From the IMG/VR virus record IMGVR_UViG_3300032073_000003, positions 1-64,000 of that record: a DNA stretch of 64,000 nt, one strand, 5' to 3'. Source of the stretch: a virus. This document shows positions 39,615-49,588 of this stretch, in pieces (position 1 is the stretch's first letter; the number at the start of each line of letters is the position of its first letter). Under the pieces are notes generated by a model. That model made no database searches and was not told the origin of the DNA. It saw nothing but the letters and a program-made list of their open reading frames with translations. The position numbers and the translations under genes are program-made.

Positions 39615-39654
39615 CTCGTCTGTCTGTCACAGAAACCAACAAACCTGTAACATA

Positions 39655-41463
39655 TTATCCTATTACAGTAACTCTAACATTTCCAAGTCCAGCACCAGTA
39701 AGGTCTGTAATATCAACATCATTAGCAGTTGGACTTGATACACTATAATCTACTCCGTGTACAAGATGTGCATATGGAGCTACAGCATCAGTAACTGTTA
39801 CACTAAGACTATTAGTATTTAAAAGATGATTAAATGTTACAGTTGCACTTACACCAATAGCAGTACCTCCAGATTCATATTTAGCAACATCAGCTACAAT
39901 TGAAACAGTATTAGCAACAGTTGCGTCAGTACTAATACCTTTGCCACCTATAATATCTAATGTATCTGTAAGACTACTTGCAGTAGTTGAGCCTGTGTCA
40001 GCTCTAAATGTCTCATATATATTAGCAGTATTGATTAATGGATCTGCAGGAAGACCGGTTCCTGATAAACCTGCGCCAACTGCAACACCTGCCCAATCAA
40101 TTTCTAATGTTGCAACACCAGGAGCACCTGAAATTGCTGTTGAAATTGCAGAACCTGCTGCACCAACAATTTCTAAACTATCAGTAACTGAACCTGCGGC
40201 AACATTACCTGCATCACCAGCTACATTAGAAAAGATTGAAGTAATATCACAATCAACTACTATTGTATTTGGGGAAGGAACACTTACAGAAATTTCAGCA
40301 CCTCCAACTAAAGTTAGAGTGTCTGTATTAGTAGTTGCAACAGCTGTTCCTACAGATGGACCACCATCATTATTACAATCAATAGTTCCAAAGATTAATT
40401 GAGCTGTACCTGGGTCAGTATTAAGTAAGTCATATTGTGCTGCTGTACCTGTACCACTAAGTATTGCACTAATACCACTTCCACCTGCGCCAACATCTGC
40501 TGGATCAGCAAGTATACTTAAACTAGCAGTACCTGTAGTAGGTATAATACTAGTTGCTGCAAAATCAATTAATTCAAACCATCTTTCAGGATCAGAAAAT
40601 AAGTTTTCAATTTGAAGTTGATATGTTGCTGGATTATAATTTAATGCAATACCAGGTCCTTCAATTAAACCTGGACCTACATTTCCTGGAGCGTATATAA
40701 CACTCTCCATAATCCAGTTAGTCATTTCAGTTTCATCAATAGTGATGTCAAATGTTCTAAGGAAGTTAGCTCCTGATCCACCTGGAGATGTTAAAGTTGA
40801 AATCAACCTTACATCTGTTGCATCTACAGTAACTTGATCAACATCTAGTTGCCATGTAGTATCACCTGCATTTGGAGTATTTGGAATTTCTAAAATAGAA
40901 ATATATCCAAATAATGAGTTAAGTTCTGTTTCAGGTAAAAGTGTAGCATCAATACCAATTGTATAAGTAGTCTCATATGGACCTGGTGTTGATGGATCAA
41001 CAATTAAAGTTAAAGCAGAAGCTGCGTCTACAGCTACTATACTTTCATTAGCATTTACTACATAAGGAGTTAATGCAGTACCGTCACCAGTTACAACAAC
41101 ATTATCACCTGCAGTTACCTGAGATGCTGAAGGTAATTCAGCTGGATCTAAGCTTAAGCTATAAGTTGTTACAGAACCTACTACAATAGTATCTACTAAA
41201 ATAGCAGCATCTGTTGATTCTACTACAGTAGTTGGAATAATTAATGAGTCAAATTTACTACAAAAATAATTTATAATTTTAGTGACTATAGTGTCCATAT
41301 AATCATATCGACTAATTACTGTATCATCACCACATGAGATGTCTGTTCCCGTATATACAATGCATTGAGCATTGAAAACCTCCGTACAGGAAGGAGGACA
41401 TGGTGCTGTAACAGTATAACTGTTGCTACATCCACAATTTTGATTACAATTTGAAGTTGCCAT
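39655..41463 (-). CDS. Tail fibre / spike protein with Cys-rich N-terminal anchor and internal repeats
   Basis: N-terminal CTEVFNAQCIVYTGTDISC shared with the 553-aa neighbour. G/A/T/V-rich repeats of type F-x2-(A/G)DxG-x3-A-x4-D(T/S)L-x-IxGG. Confidence 0.7.
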   Translation of the reverse strand: MATSNCNQNCGCSNSYTVTAPCPPSCTEVFNAQCIVYTGTDISCGDDTVISRYDYMDTIVTKIINYFCSKFDSLIIPTTVVESTDAAILVDTIVVGSVTTYSLSLDPAELPSASQVTAGDNVVVTGDGTALTPYVVNANESIVAVDAASALTLIVDPSTPGPYETTYTIGIDATLLPETELNSLFGYISILEIPNTPNAGDTTWQLDVDQVTVDATDVRLISTLTSPGGSGANFLRTFDITIDETEMTNWIMESVIYAPGNVGPGLIEGPGIALNYNPATYQLQIENLFSDPERWFELIDFAATSIIPTTGTASLSILADPADVGAGGSGISAILSGTGTAAQYDLLNTDPGTAQLIFGTIDCNNDGGPSVGTAVATTNTDTLTLVGGAEISVSVPSPNTIVVDCDITSIFSNVAGDAGNVAAGSVTDSLEIVGAAGSAISTAISGAPGVATLEIDWAGVAVGAGLSGTGLPADPLINTANIYETFRADTGSTTASSLTDTLDIIGGKGISTDATVANTVSIVADVAKYESGGTAIGVSATVTFNHLLNTNSLSVTVTDAVAPYAHLVHGVDYSVSSPTANDVDITDLTGAGLGNVRVTVIG

Positions 41464-41498
41464 TTTTATTTTATTTTAATTTATATATATATACATTT

Positions 41499-43160
41499 TT
41501 ATTCACAGTTAAAAGATTCAATTTCTGTACAAGGATCTAAATAAGCAATAAATCCTTCTAATCTTATATTAAACCCTCCTATTTGATCAGGTTCACCAGC
41601 ATCACAATTAAAAGTGTATTCATCAGTTGTAAATTCTACCTGTAAAGGAGTACTACCAGATGTACCATTATTATGAATATTTGTGCTTGCAGATGTATAA
41701 TAAGGAGCTTTATCACCAGTCCTAACATCACTTATAATATATCTTAAATGAGATTGACCAAAACCAGTACCTACTCCCCCATCTCCTTCTTCTACATCTC
41801 TAATTGTTTGTATTGTTAATACTCCAGTAGTATCTAAATTTGGTCTCAAAACTGTAGATAATGTTAAACTGGTGCTTCCACCTGTAACATCATTTCCAGC
41901 AATCTGTCTTGGGGTAACTATCCAATCAGCAATAAGACTTCCATCTAAAGTAGTTGGTGCAGGTAAAACAGAAGTTGGAATAATAGAATTACTATTATTA
42001 AATTTAATTGCACCAGCTGGAAGTACAGTACAACCTCCTGGACCCGTAAAAACTTGACTACTTTCTGTAGCTACATAATTAGGTTGACTATAATCTACAA
42101 CACCACCTAAACCATCAGCAATAGGAATCATAGCATTTCCTCTAAAATGAATTTGATTACCCATTCTTCTACATTGAGGTTTCTGTACTCCCGGAAGAAA
42201 AAAATCAAAACCTAATAAATCTACCCAACCAGTATCTTGAACTTGTGCTGAAACTTCATATGTAGTTGTATCACCTACTACAGTAGATGTAACATCAATG
42301 CCATCTCCTGCTGTAACAACTGTTATTGGAGTATCTAAAGCACTTAAATAATTATAAGTATCACATATAACTAACCATATATTAGTAATTGCATCTGCTA
42401 CTGTTGATTGTGAATCTACCCAACCTGCTAATGATGAAAATGCTACTCCTCCATTTAATGTTAATTGATCACCAGCTATACATTGTGTAGCAACTGCACT
42501 TAACAAATCAGCAGGTAAACCTGTAGCACCTAACAATGCACAATATCCATAAGTATCATCATTAACTAATGCATCTAATACGGTATCAATAGTATAAGCA
42601 CTACCACCAACTATTAATCCATCTGCTAATGTACAGTTTACTAATATAGAGGGAAGAGTATATATATCTTTTGGTGCATTTTCTAATGCTGTAATTCTAA
42701 TATCTAAATTTGTAATTTGTAATTGTAATTCTGCAATTTCATCTATAATGGCACATACTTTTTCTGCAATTAAATGAACATATTCAATAAGTTGCATTGT
42801 TGTTGTACCATCTTCTTGAAAACATTCTGCTATAGTTACAACACAATCAGGACATCCTGATTCAGATTCTGTATCTTTAGTAGGTATGTTTTGAAGTTCA
42901 CATATTTTTTCAATTAATAATTGAATTAGTGCTTTAAAATCAACAGGTCCACAATCAGCAATATTTAAACAAGAAAGGTCGTAATTACTAACATTTGTTT
43001 GTTCTAAAATTAAACATAAATCAGTAGCAAGTTTTGCTATTACATCAGATACAGTATCACCTGTACATAATTCAATACATTCAATTGTAGGTCCTTGCCA
43101 TACCACACAATTAGATGATACTGGTGAACACGGTTTATTATCTAAATTTAAAGGTTTCAT
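41499..43160 (-). CDS. Tail fibre / receptor-binding protein
   Basis: N-terminal CSPVSSNCVVWQGPTIEC anchor, coiled coil (IAELQLQITNLDIRITALE), and C-terminal DTGWVDL...RRMGNQIHFRG domain typical of fibre tips. Confidence 0.7.
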   Translation of the reverse strand: MKPLNLDNKPCSPVSSNCVVWQGPTIECIELCTGDTVSDVIAKLATDLCLILEQTNVSNYDLSCLNIADCGPVDFKALIQLLIEKICELQNIPTKDTESESGCPDCVVTIAECFQEDGTTTMQLIEYVHLIAEKVCAIIDEIAELQLQITNLDIRITALENAPKDIYTLPSILVNCTLADGLIVGGSAYTIDTVLDALVNDDTYGYCALLGATGLPADLLSAVATQCIAGDQLTLNGGVAFSSLAGWVDSQSTVADAITNIWLVICDTYNYLSALDTPITVVTAGDGIDVTSTVVGDTTTYEVSAQVQDTGWVDLLGFDFFLPGVQKPQCRRMGNQIHFRGNAMIPIADGLGGVVDYSQPNYVATESSQVFTGPGGCTVLPAGAIKFNNSNSIIPTSVLPAPTTLDGSLIADWIVTPRQIAGNDVTGGSTSLTLSTVLRPNLDTTGVLTIQTIRDVEEGDGGVGTGFGQSHLRYIISDVRTGDKAPYYTSASTNIHNNGTSGSTPLQVEFTTDEYTFNCDAGEPDQIGGFNIRLEGFIAYLDPCTEIESFNCE

Positions 43161-43187
43161 ATGTTTTCTCTATTTATAATATACAAA

Positions 43188-46160
43188 TTAATTTTTAGAT
43201 TTGCAAGTTGTACAGTCATTTGTAGAGTTAGAATTACAATTACATTCTGAACATTTGTAATCTGGATCTTTTAAAGCTTGTAAATCAATTAATTCTTTCT
43301 TAACCATCCATTTATGAACTTCTTCTGGACAACAGTTTGTAATACCATATCTTTTTTCTAAAACAATATTATACATTACATCAGCAAAGTTGCATGTAAT
43401 CATATCATATTTTTCTGGTGTACAGATAGGTGTATTGTAACCTGGTGTTATTACTCTTTTGTTAGGGAAAGTTCTGGGAGGACATACTCCATGTTTACAT
43501 TCTCCAAATGTTTCAAAGAAATCTGTATCAATTGTAGGTACAGGATCTAAGCATTCTTCTGTTATTATATTTTCATTGCCATCCCAAGTTCCTATTGGAC
43601 ATTCAGAAGAAGATACTACACCATCTAATTGATAATCTTCATCATTAAAAATAAATTGCCAAACCTTACCATTCCAATATATTTGAACTTCTGTTCCTTC
43701 ATTTCCATATATTGGAATTCCATTTTCATCATAACCAACTATAATAAATATATACGTTATAGGAACTCTTTCTATTTCAACAGTTAATGTAATACATTCA
43801 CACAATCCTGGAAGCCATTCAAGAATACATATTCTACCACTTGACTCACCTGGTCCTAAAGTTATAGTTACTAATTCGTTATCACAATTTAAATACTGAT
43901 AAGGTTTTGTTATAGTTTCTGAATGATTAGTTACCTGTGAACAAGTACAAACAAGATCTCCTTCACATGCTATACAATCAGCATAAGTTTCAGTAACAAC
44001 AACCTCTCCTGCTTCCTGATATATTAGCTCTGAGTTTTCTACTATATTAACTGTCCAACATTCAGTACAGTTTTCAATTTTAATTACATTACCAACTACC
44101 GAGGAAAGCTCGGTATATGTATAAATATTATTAGCCTCACCTTTACAATCTACTAATTCATAATATTTTCTAGTACAATCAATACACTCTTCAAATAAAC
44201 CGCTTATTTGTATTAACTGTGTATTAGGAGGTTTAAAATCAATAAGTTCTACATCATAGCAACCACAATCAGTTTTAATAACTTTTCCTACAAATAATTC
44301 AAGATTAAGTTCTGTATATATTACAGTAGTGTCAGTACATGATGTTAATTTATAATAAACAAATTTTATGCAATCTTCACATTCAACATAAGATCTTACT
44401 ACAACTATATCTATTAAACACTCACAAGCAGGTGATACAGGATCATCTTCTAAATTAACTTCCCAACATCCCTCTTTACCTAAAATTTCTATTACAGTAT
44501 CAGTACCAAATGCATATTGATATAATACATCTGAATTACTATATATTATTTCATCTGACTCACATGATTTTAATTCAAAACATAAATCTGGACAAAATCC
44601 ATCAACACAATCTCCAACAGGAACCGCTTTAAAATTATCTATATTTGACCCTTCTTCAGGAATTGGTGGTATTTTACTACATATTCTTATATAAGGACTT
44701 GCTTCAATACTAGATATGCTAAGAAAATCATTATTTTCATTAACATAAAAGAATCCAGCATTTCCTTGAACAAAGTAACATTTTAAATCACAATCACAAG
44801 ATGCTTCTGGTATAGGAACTGTTGTTGTTGTTGTATCACTACAAAATTCTGTATCTGTAGTAGTTATATATGCACATCCTGAATATTCTGGACCATCTAC
44901 TTGATTAAATGTACCTACATAATCTGCATATAAAGGATCAATTGATATAAAAGATTCTACAGTATCATCACACGGTATAATTAAATAACAATCACATTCT
45001 AATGGTAAAGTTTCAGTTAACTTACATACAGGAATTCCTTGACATATATCTAATACTGAATCACCAGGACAACTATAAATACCTGGGTTATTAGGATCTG
45101 GTACAAATTGTCCAACATAATTTTTTGTACTAAATATAATATAAGGATCTAGTTGAGCTTCTGTACTTCCGCAATTTCCTAAACCTACTGCAGGATATAA
45201 TAAATTTGCTTGAAATTCAGAAAGTGTTATATCATATATCTCTGCGGCAAATGCTGCTGGATTTACACCAGATGAAGGTTTATTTAATCCTGATAATTTT
45301 ATAATATGATTTCCGGGTGATAATGTTAATGGAAAAGTGTGCCAACGTCTAAATGGAGTAGTTTCACCAGCTGGAGAATCTAAAAATACAGCAAGAACAC
45401 CATCAATATAAAACTTAACATAATTATCTCCAGCAATACCAATCATATATTGCTTATCTTCAGTACCGTCTATATCTATACAAAATTCAAAAGATAATTC
45501 TTCATCAACATCAAATCCTGTTGCCCATACACCAGCTATATTTAATCTACCTCCTGTATTTCCACTAATACAACCAGCTACACGAGAACCAAAAACTTCA
45601 TTTTCAACATTATTTGTTGGGTTTACAGGAAGTCCTAATCCGTTATTTTGTTTAACTATATATGTAGTATCATTTTCACCATATAGCGGCCATGTTAAAG
45701 ATGTAATATCAGGATATACTCTTACACCAAAATCACAATAAAATTGAGATTTACTACCTGTTGTTACTGGTAATAATACTCCACTATATTCAGCAACAGT
45801 TTCTGTTTCTCTAACACAATTTTCTCCTATAGGATCGTAAGTAAATCCTTCAGGGCAATTACAAAGAGGTTCTGGATTACAATCAGCACATTGAGTTGAT
45901 GCACAACCGTTTTCAGAAATCCCATCAAATTCACTAGATGTTGGTGATGTTGGATAAGTTATAAGAGAATCTACAACTTCTCTAAAATAAGTATAACAAT
46001 AATTTGGAAGTAGTTGTCCACCAAAACCAGTAGCTGGAGCAGCACCAATGTATTGATATATTTCACCATCTGATAAGGCTATAGAACCTGAAAATAATAT
46101 TTCTGTACCATCACAGCAACTTACAAATTTTGCAATTATATTTGGATCCTCCTTACTCAT
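43188..46160 (-). CDS. 990-aa cysteine-rich virion protein with a PA14-like domain and tandem Cys repeats
   Basis: EGF-like CNCPEGFTYDPIGENCV; PA14-like GIAGDNYVKFYIDG...LSPGNHIIKL; repeats (Y/F)xLxxC...IY(T/S)...GC(W/Y)xV...CxxC. Confidence 0.7.
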   Translation of the reverse strand: MSKEDPNIIAKFVSCCDGTEILFSGSIALSDGEIYQYIGAAPATGFGGQLLPNYCYTYFREVVDSLITYPTSPTSSEFDGISENGCASTQCADCNPEPLCNCPEGFTYDPIGENCVRETETVAEYSGVLLPVTTGSKSQFYCDFGVRVYPDITSLTWPLYGENDTTYIVKQNNGLGLPVNPTNNVENEVFGSRVAGCISGNTGGRLNIAGVWATGFDVDEELSFEFCIDIDGTEDKQYMIGIAGDNYVKFYIDGVLAVFLDSPAGETTPFRRWHTFPLTLSPGNHIIKLSGLNKPSSGVNPAAFAAEIYDITLSEFQANLLYPAVGLGNCGSTEAQLDPYIIFSTKNYVGQFVPDPNNPGIYSCPGDSVLDICQGIPVCKLTETLPLECDCYLIIPCDDTVESFISIDPLYADYVGTFNQVDGPEYSGCAYITTTDTEFCSDTTTTTVPIPEASCDCDLKCYFVQGNAGFFYVNENNDFLSISSIEASPYIRICSKIPPIPEEGSNIDNFKAVPVGDCVDGFCPDLCFELKSCESDEIIYSNSDVLYQYAFGTDTVIEILGKEGCWEVNLEDDPVSPACECLIDIVVVRSYVECEDCIKFVYYKLTSCTDTTVIYTELNLELFVGKVIKTDCGCYDVELIDFKPPNTQLIQISGLFEECIDCTRKYYELVDCKGEANNIYTYTELSSVVGNVIKIENCTECWTVNIVENSELIYQEAGEVVVTETYADCIACEGDLVCTCSQVTNHSETITKPYQYLNCDNELVTITLGPGESSGRICILEWLPGLCECITLTVEIERVPITYIFIIVGYDENGIPIYGNEGTEVQIYWNGKVWQFIFNDEDYQLDGVVSSSECPIGTWDGNENIITEECLDPVPTIDTDFFETFGECKHGVCPPRTFPNKRVITPGYNTPICTPEKYDMITCNFADVMYNIVLEKRYGITNCCPEEVHKWMVKKELIDLQALKDPDYKCSECNCNSNSTNDCTTCKSKN

Positions 46161-46173
46161 TATTCAGTAGAGT

Positions 46174-46332
46174 TTATAAATTTTTAATATTTGAAGTTGA
46201 ATTAATAGTATTAGCTTTTAATGATTTTTCATAACTGCCTTTACAACTTTTACATACAACTGTACCATTTGATGCTTTTGTTCTTTGACATCCGCAACTT
46301 AATTTTTTTTTACAATTAGGACATGCGCTCAT
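46174..46332 (-). CDS. 52-aa Cys-rich micro-protein (CxxC-CxC-CxxC, probable Zn binder)
   Basis: Not in the ORF track. Translates MSACPNCKKKLSCGCQRTKASNGTVVCKSCKGSYEKSLKANTINSTSNIKNL; preceded by the AAACCAACAAAATG leader. Confidence 0.75.
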   Translation of the reverse strand: MSACPNCKKKLSCGCQRTKASNGTVVCKSCKGSYEKSLKANTINSTSNIKNL

Positions 46333-46350
46333 TTTGTTGGTTTTTTATGA

Positions 46351-46893
46351 TTAGCAATATTTACAATCTAATTTATTTAATAGTTTAACTGCATAATTAA
46401 ATAAAGACATACCAGCTTGATTTTCATGACATGTTTCTACTTTAGCTTTAGCAGCTTCTAAATACATTTTAATTAAATGTAACTCTTTTAATTTATCTTT
46501 TACTTGAGCTGGTGGATCACAATCTGCTGCATCTATATTACAAAGTATTTTTTCATATTGATTTAATGCACAAGTTATTCTTAAATGATTATAAGAAGCA
46601 TAAACTTTACATTCTGGATCTACTATATATTTAATACCATATATACCATCTGGTAAATTAACAAATGAAGAGTCACAATTTTCAATCTGTAAATCTAAGT
46701 CACATGCTGTTAATGTAGGAGATGATTGTGGTACAAATGGTAATTCAGCTGTATTGGTGTATCCAGGAACTACAATTTCTAATCTAGGATTATGAAGTCC
46801 AACTAAAGCTGAATATACAGATGTATCAACAATTTTAAAAATACAGGGATTTGATACTGTTGGAATTTCTAAACTTAATACGTGATTTGCCAT
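46351..46893 (-). CDS. Virion structural protein (beta-sandwich plus C-terminal helices; tail hub-like)
   Basis: 180 aa; LPDGIYGIKY Ig-like strand and helical C-terminus; located in the tail module. Confidence 0.5.
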   Translation of the reverse strand: MANHVLSLEIPTVSNPCIFKIVDTSVYSALVGLHNPRLEIVVPGYTNTAELPFVPQSSPTLTACDLDLQIENCDSSFVNLPDGIYGIKYIVDPECKVYASYNHLRITCALNQYEKILCNIDAADCDPPAQVKDKLKELHLIKMYLEAAKAKVETCHENQAGMSLFNYAVKLLNKLDCKYC

Positions 46894-46905
46894 AGTTGTT
46901 ATAAT

Positions 46906-46945
46906 AAAAAAAGGAGAGAAGAGTATACACTCAACCCTCCTTTTT
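46906..46945 (-). terminator. Rho-independent (bidirectional-type) terminator
   Basis: Minus strand AAAAAGGAGGG-TT-GAG-TGTATA-CTC-TT-CTCTCCTTTTTTT hairpin after the 447-aa gene. Confidence 0.75.
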
Positions 46946-46966
46946 ATGAATTTATAGTTTATTTAA

Positions 46967-48310
46967 TTAAGATAAATCTGGCAGAACTATAATTGGATCT
47001 GCTGGATCACATTCTGTTGCATCACCTAAATTTTCAATTAAACAATCTGAAGCACATGATGTTACCCAAGCAGATAATGCATCAAATACAGTAGTATCAC
47101 CTGCAGGAACAACAATCTCTAATAAATATTGATCATTATCAAATGTTCCAGTTGGATTATACAAACGTGGAATATTATGTTGTAAATAAACTCTATCATA
47201 GATATCGTTTCTATCAATTCCAGCTGCATTTACTAAAGAATCTCCTTGAGTAATCTCACGAATTCTTAAATCAGTTGCAAGGAAGTTTTGTCTGTAAGCC
47301 TCTGACATAATTACATCACGTACTACAGTTTCTCCAACTCCATTTGCTTGAATCCCGTAACATTGTACACCAACACAAAGACCTTCAAACTCACAAGGAG
47401 AACCTGTTAGGTCTACCTCAGAAGCATAAACTCTTACTGGCTCTAATTCATAGAAATCAGAAGGTTGGAAAGTACAGTTATTAAACTTAGTCTCATAGTA
47501 TGCACCTGTAAGTACTAAACCTGCACAAAGACCAGTTCCGTCAGCAGCAGGAGTAAAATTTGAATAGTTATCAAAAGTTACATCAGCTACAGGAACTCCT
47601 CCATTAAGAGTAGCAGTATCTACATTATCTGGATACCAGTAAGTCCAAGTTGCACCATCATCATCAGTTGTTGTTACAACTGGATATACAAATGGATTGA
47701 TAAGAGTATCTTCCAAAATTTGTTGTGCCCAAGCAACCATTACAATTGCTGGATCAACAGAAGTTGGAGCTACATCTTCATCAGGACAACATCCTGTGTA
47801 AGCCTCAAGTGTCAAGTATGAGTTACGATCTAAGTATCTCATTGCAGGAGAACCTTTAACATCTAAACGAAGATAGTAAGTCTCACCACAAAGGAAACTT
47901 TTACAACATTCACCTGCAGTTTCTCCTGGTTTACTTGAGTCAGGTGCATTAGCACTTGTCCAAGGAGTAAATCCTACATGTGTTACATAATTTGAAGGTA
48001 AGTTACCTGGAGCAAGATATAATCTGCTTACATACTTACTCTTAATTGTTTTAGACTTGTTAGACTCAGTGTACCCTCCGTGGAAAGGTCCAATTTTGTC
48101 ATTAGGCATAAAAGCCCCACCTGCAAGAATAAACTCACAACAAGTTGTATCAGGTGTTGTTGCCACTTGAAATGTTTTAGGATCGATGAATGAAATCTCT
48201 CCTGGAGCTAAAACATTTGTTGGTGATGTACCTAGTTGTACACCTGTTAATGCAGAAATACCATTTGTGGCTACAAAGGTTTTCTTAAAAGCATGATTAA
48301 AATAAGCCAT
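46967..48310 (-). CDS. Conserved crAss-like structural protein (auxiliary capsid / head-associated, uncertain)
   Basis: 447 aa, acidic and beta-rich, followed by a strong terminator; position downstream of MCP and ring gene. Confidence 0.5.
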   Translation of the reverse strand: MAYFNHAFKKTFVATNGISALTGVQLGTSPTNVLAPGEISFIDPKTFQVATTPDTTCCEFILAGGAFMPNDKIGPFHGGYTESNKSKTIKSKYVSRLYLAPGNLPSNYVTHVGFTPWTSANAPDSSKPGETAGECCKSFLCGETYYLRLDVKGSPAMRYLDRNSYLTLEAYTGCCPDEDVAPTSVDPAIVMVAWAQQILEDTLINPFVYPVVTTTDDDGATWTYWYPDNVDTATLNGGVPVADVTFDNYSNFTPAADGTGLCAGLVLTGAYYETKFNNCTFQPSDFYELEPVRVYASEVDLTGSPCEFEGLCVGVQCYGIQANGVGETVVRDVIMSEAYRQNFLATDLRIREITQGDSLVNAAGIDRNDIYDRVYLQHNIPRLYNPTGTFDNDQYLLEIVVPAGDTTVFDALSAWVTSCASDCLIENLGDATECDPADPIIVLPDLS

Positions 48311-48375
48311 TTTGTTTTGTTTTGATTAATATATAAATATAATATAATATAATGAAAAGATTTTAAATAACAAAG

Positions 48376-48882
48376 TTATTTTAAGAAAAGTAATTTATAT
48401 TTAGTTGAGTTAACTACATCTTTTATTAAATCTAAGTTATTGACAATTTCAGAATACGGAAGCATTGCTTGAAGTTTACATATCATAGCGCACATATCTC
48501 TAAGATAATTTAAACCATCTGATACATCATCTAAAGTTCTACAACCTACTTCTTTGTATGTAAGTAGTTTTTCTGTAGCTCCTTGATATCCTTCTGCTAA
48601 TACATCAGCATGTCCAGGAAGTGCATCATATATATCATTTAAAGCTTTATGAGCTGCATATGAACCTTCACCTGTTACTTTTAAATGTAATTTATGGAAA
48701 CTAGTTGCAGCATTCATAAGCTCTGATACACAAGAAGATACCATATTATCTAAAGAACTACCACCTACTCCTTTATCTTCTGTAGGTTTAGCTGTAGGAG
48801 TTTTATATTCAACAACTGATTTTGGCTTAACAATAGTTTTTGCCATTGTTGTTTTTTTAAGTAATCTAGGTTTTGTTTTCAT
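48376..48882 (-). CDS. Ferritin/Dps-like four-helix-bundle protein with basic N-terminal extension
   Basis: FHKLHLKVTG...AAHKALNDIYDAL...ADVLAEGYQG matches the Dps/phage ferritin-like pattern H-x-x-H...H-x2-L-x3-Y...D-x-x-AE. Confidence 0.8.
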   Translation of the reverse strand: MKTKPRLLKKTTMAKTIVKPKSVVEYKTPTAKPTEDKGVGGSSLDNMVSSCVSELMNAATSFHKLHLKVTGEGSYAAHKALNDIYDALPGHADVLAEGYQGATEKLLTYKEVGCRTLDDVSDGLNYLRDMCAMICKLQAMLPYSEIVNNLDLIKDVVNSTKYKLLFLK

Positions 48883-48887
48883 TTTAA

Positions 48888-49586
48888 TTAATTACTACGT
48901 TCGGCAGCTTGTTGTGTTCTAGTAAATTGATTTCCTGATTCTATATCACCAGCTAAAATACTTACTGCTTCATCAATTATTAATTCTACAATATCATCTT
49001 TAAATTCTGATTCTACTTCTTGATTAGACGTTACTCCCGTGTACGGATTTGTACAGTTAGTAATTTGTATTTGAATGGGTTGTCTATAATATGTAAGAGA
49101 AGCTTCTTCTATATCAAACTTATTGTTTGTATATAAATGAACAGTGTCATCTATTAAAGTAGCAAAAGTTTCTCCCCACTCAAAACTAGGTTGTTTAGAC
49201 TTATCTCTTAAAAGTTGATTAAGATTACCTTCTTCTGCAAGATAAACCGTCATTCTTCTACTATCACAACAATCTTTATTTGCATCAATATCTACACGTT
49301 TCCATTGTAGATAATCTTTAGGTATATTACCTTCATAATAAAGATCTTTCTTATTAATCATTAAAGGTTCATTAATTAACAACTTTTGAAGATCATCTTT
49401 TCTTCTTGTAGATTGTTCATCACCTTCCTTAACAATATTTAGTCCGTGAAGCTGTCTTCTAGTCCATTCAACTTGTGCTTTATTAAATGATTCTACAATT
49501 TGCCAACAAGTTACATTGTCATAATCTTGACTATCTAACTTATTAAGACGTTGTTTTACTTTTATAGTAATAGTGCTATTAAGCAT
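48888..49586 (-). CDS. Head-tail connector / ring protein
   Basis: KQRLNKLDSQDYD...IVESFNKAQ N-terminus, LTYYRQP and ELIIDEAVSIL C-terminus resemble crAss-like ring proteins. Confidence 0.65.
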   Translation of the reverse strand: MLNSTITIKVKQRLNKLDSQDYDNVTCWQIVESFNKAQVEWTRRQLHGLNIVKEGDEQSTRRKDDLQKLLINEPLMINKKDLYYEGNIPKDYLQWKRVDIDANKDCCDSRRMTVYLAEEGNLNQLLRDKSKQPSFEWGETFATLIDDTVHLYTNNKFDIEEASLTYYRQPIQIQITNCTNPYTGVTSNQEVESEFKDDIVELIIDEAVSILAGDIESGNQFTRTQQAAERSN

Positions 49587-49588
49587 GA

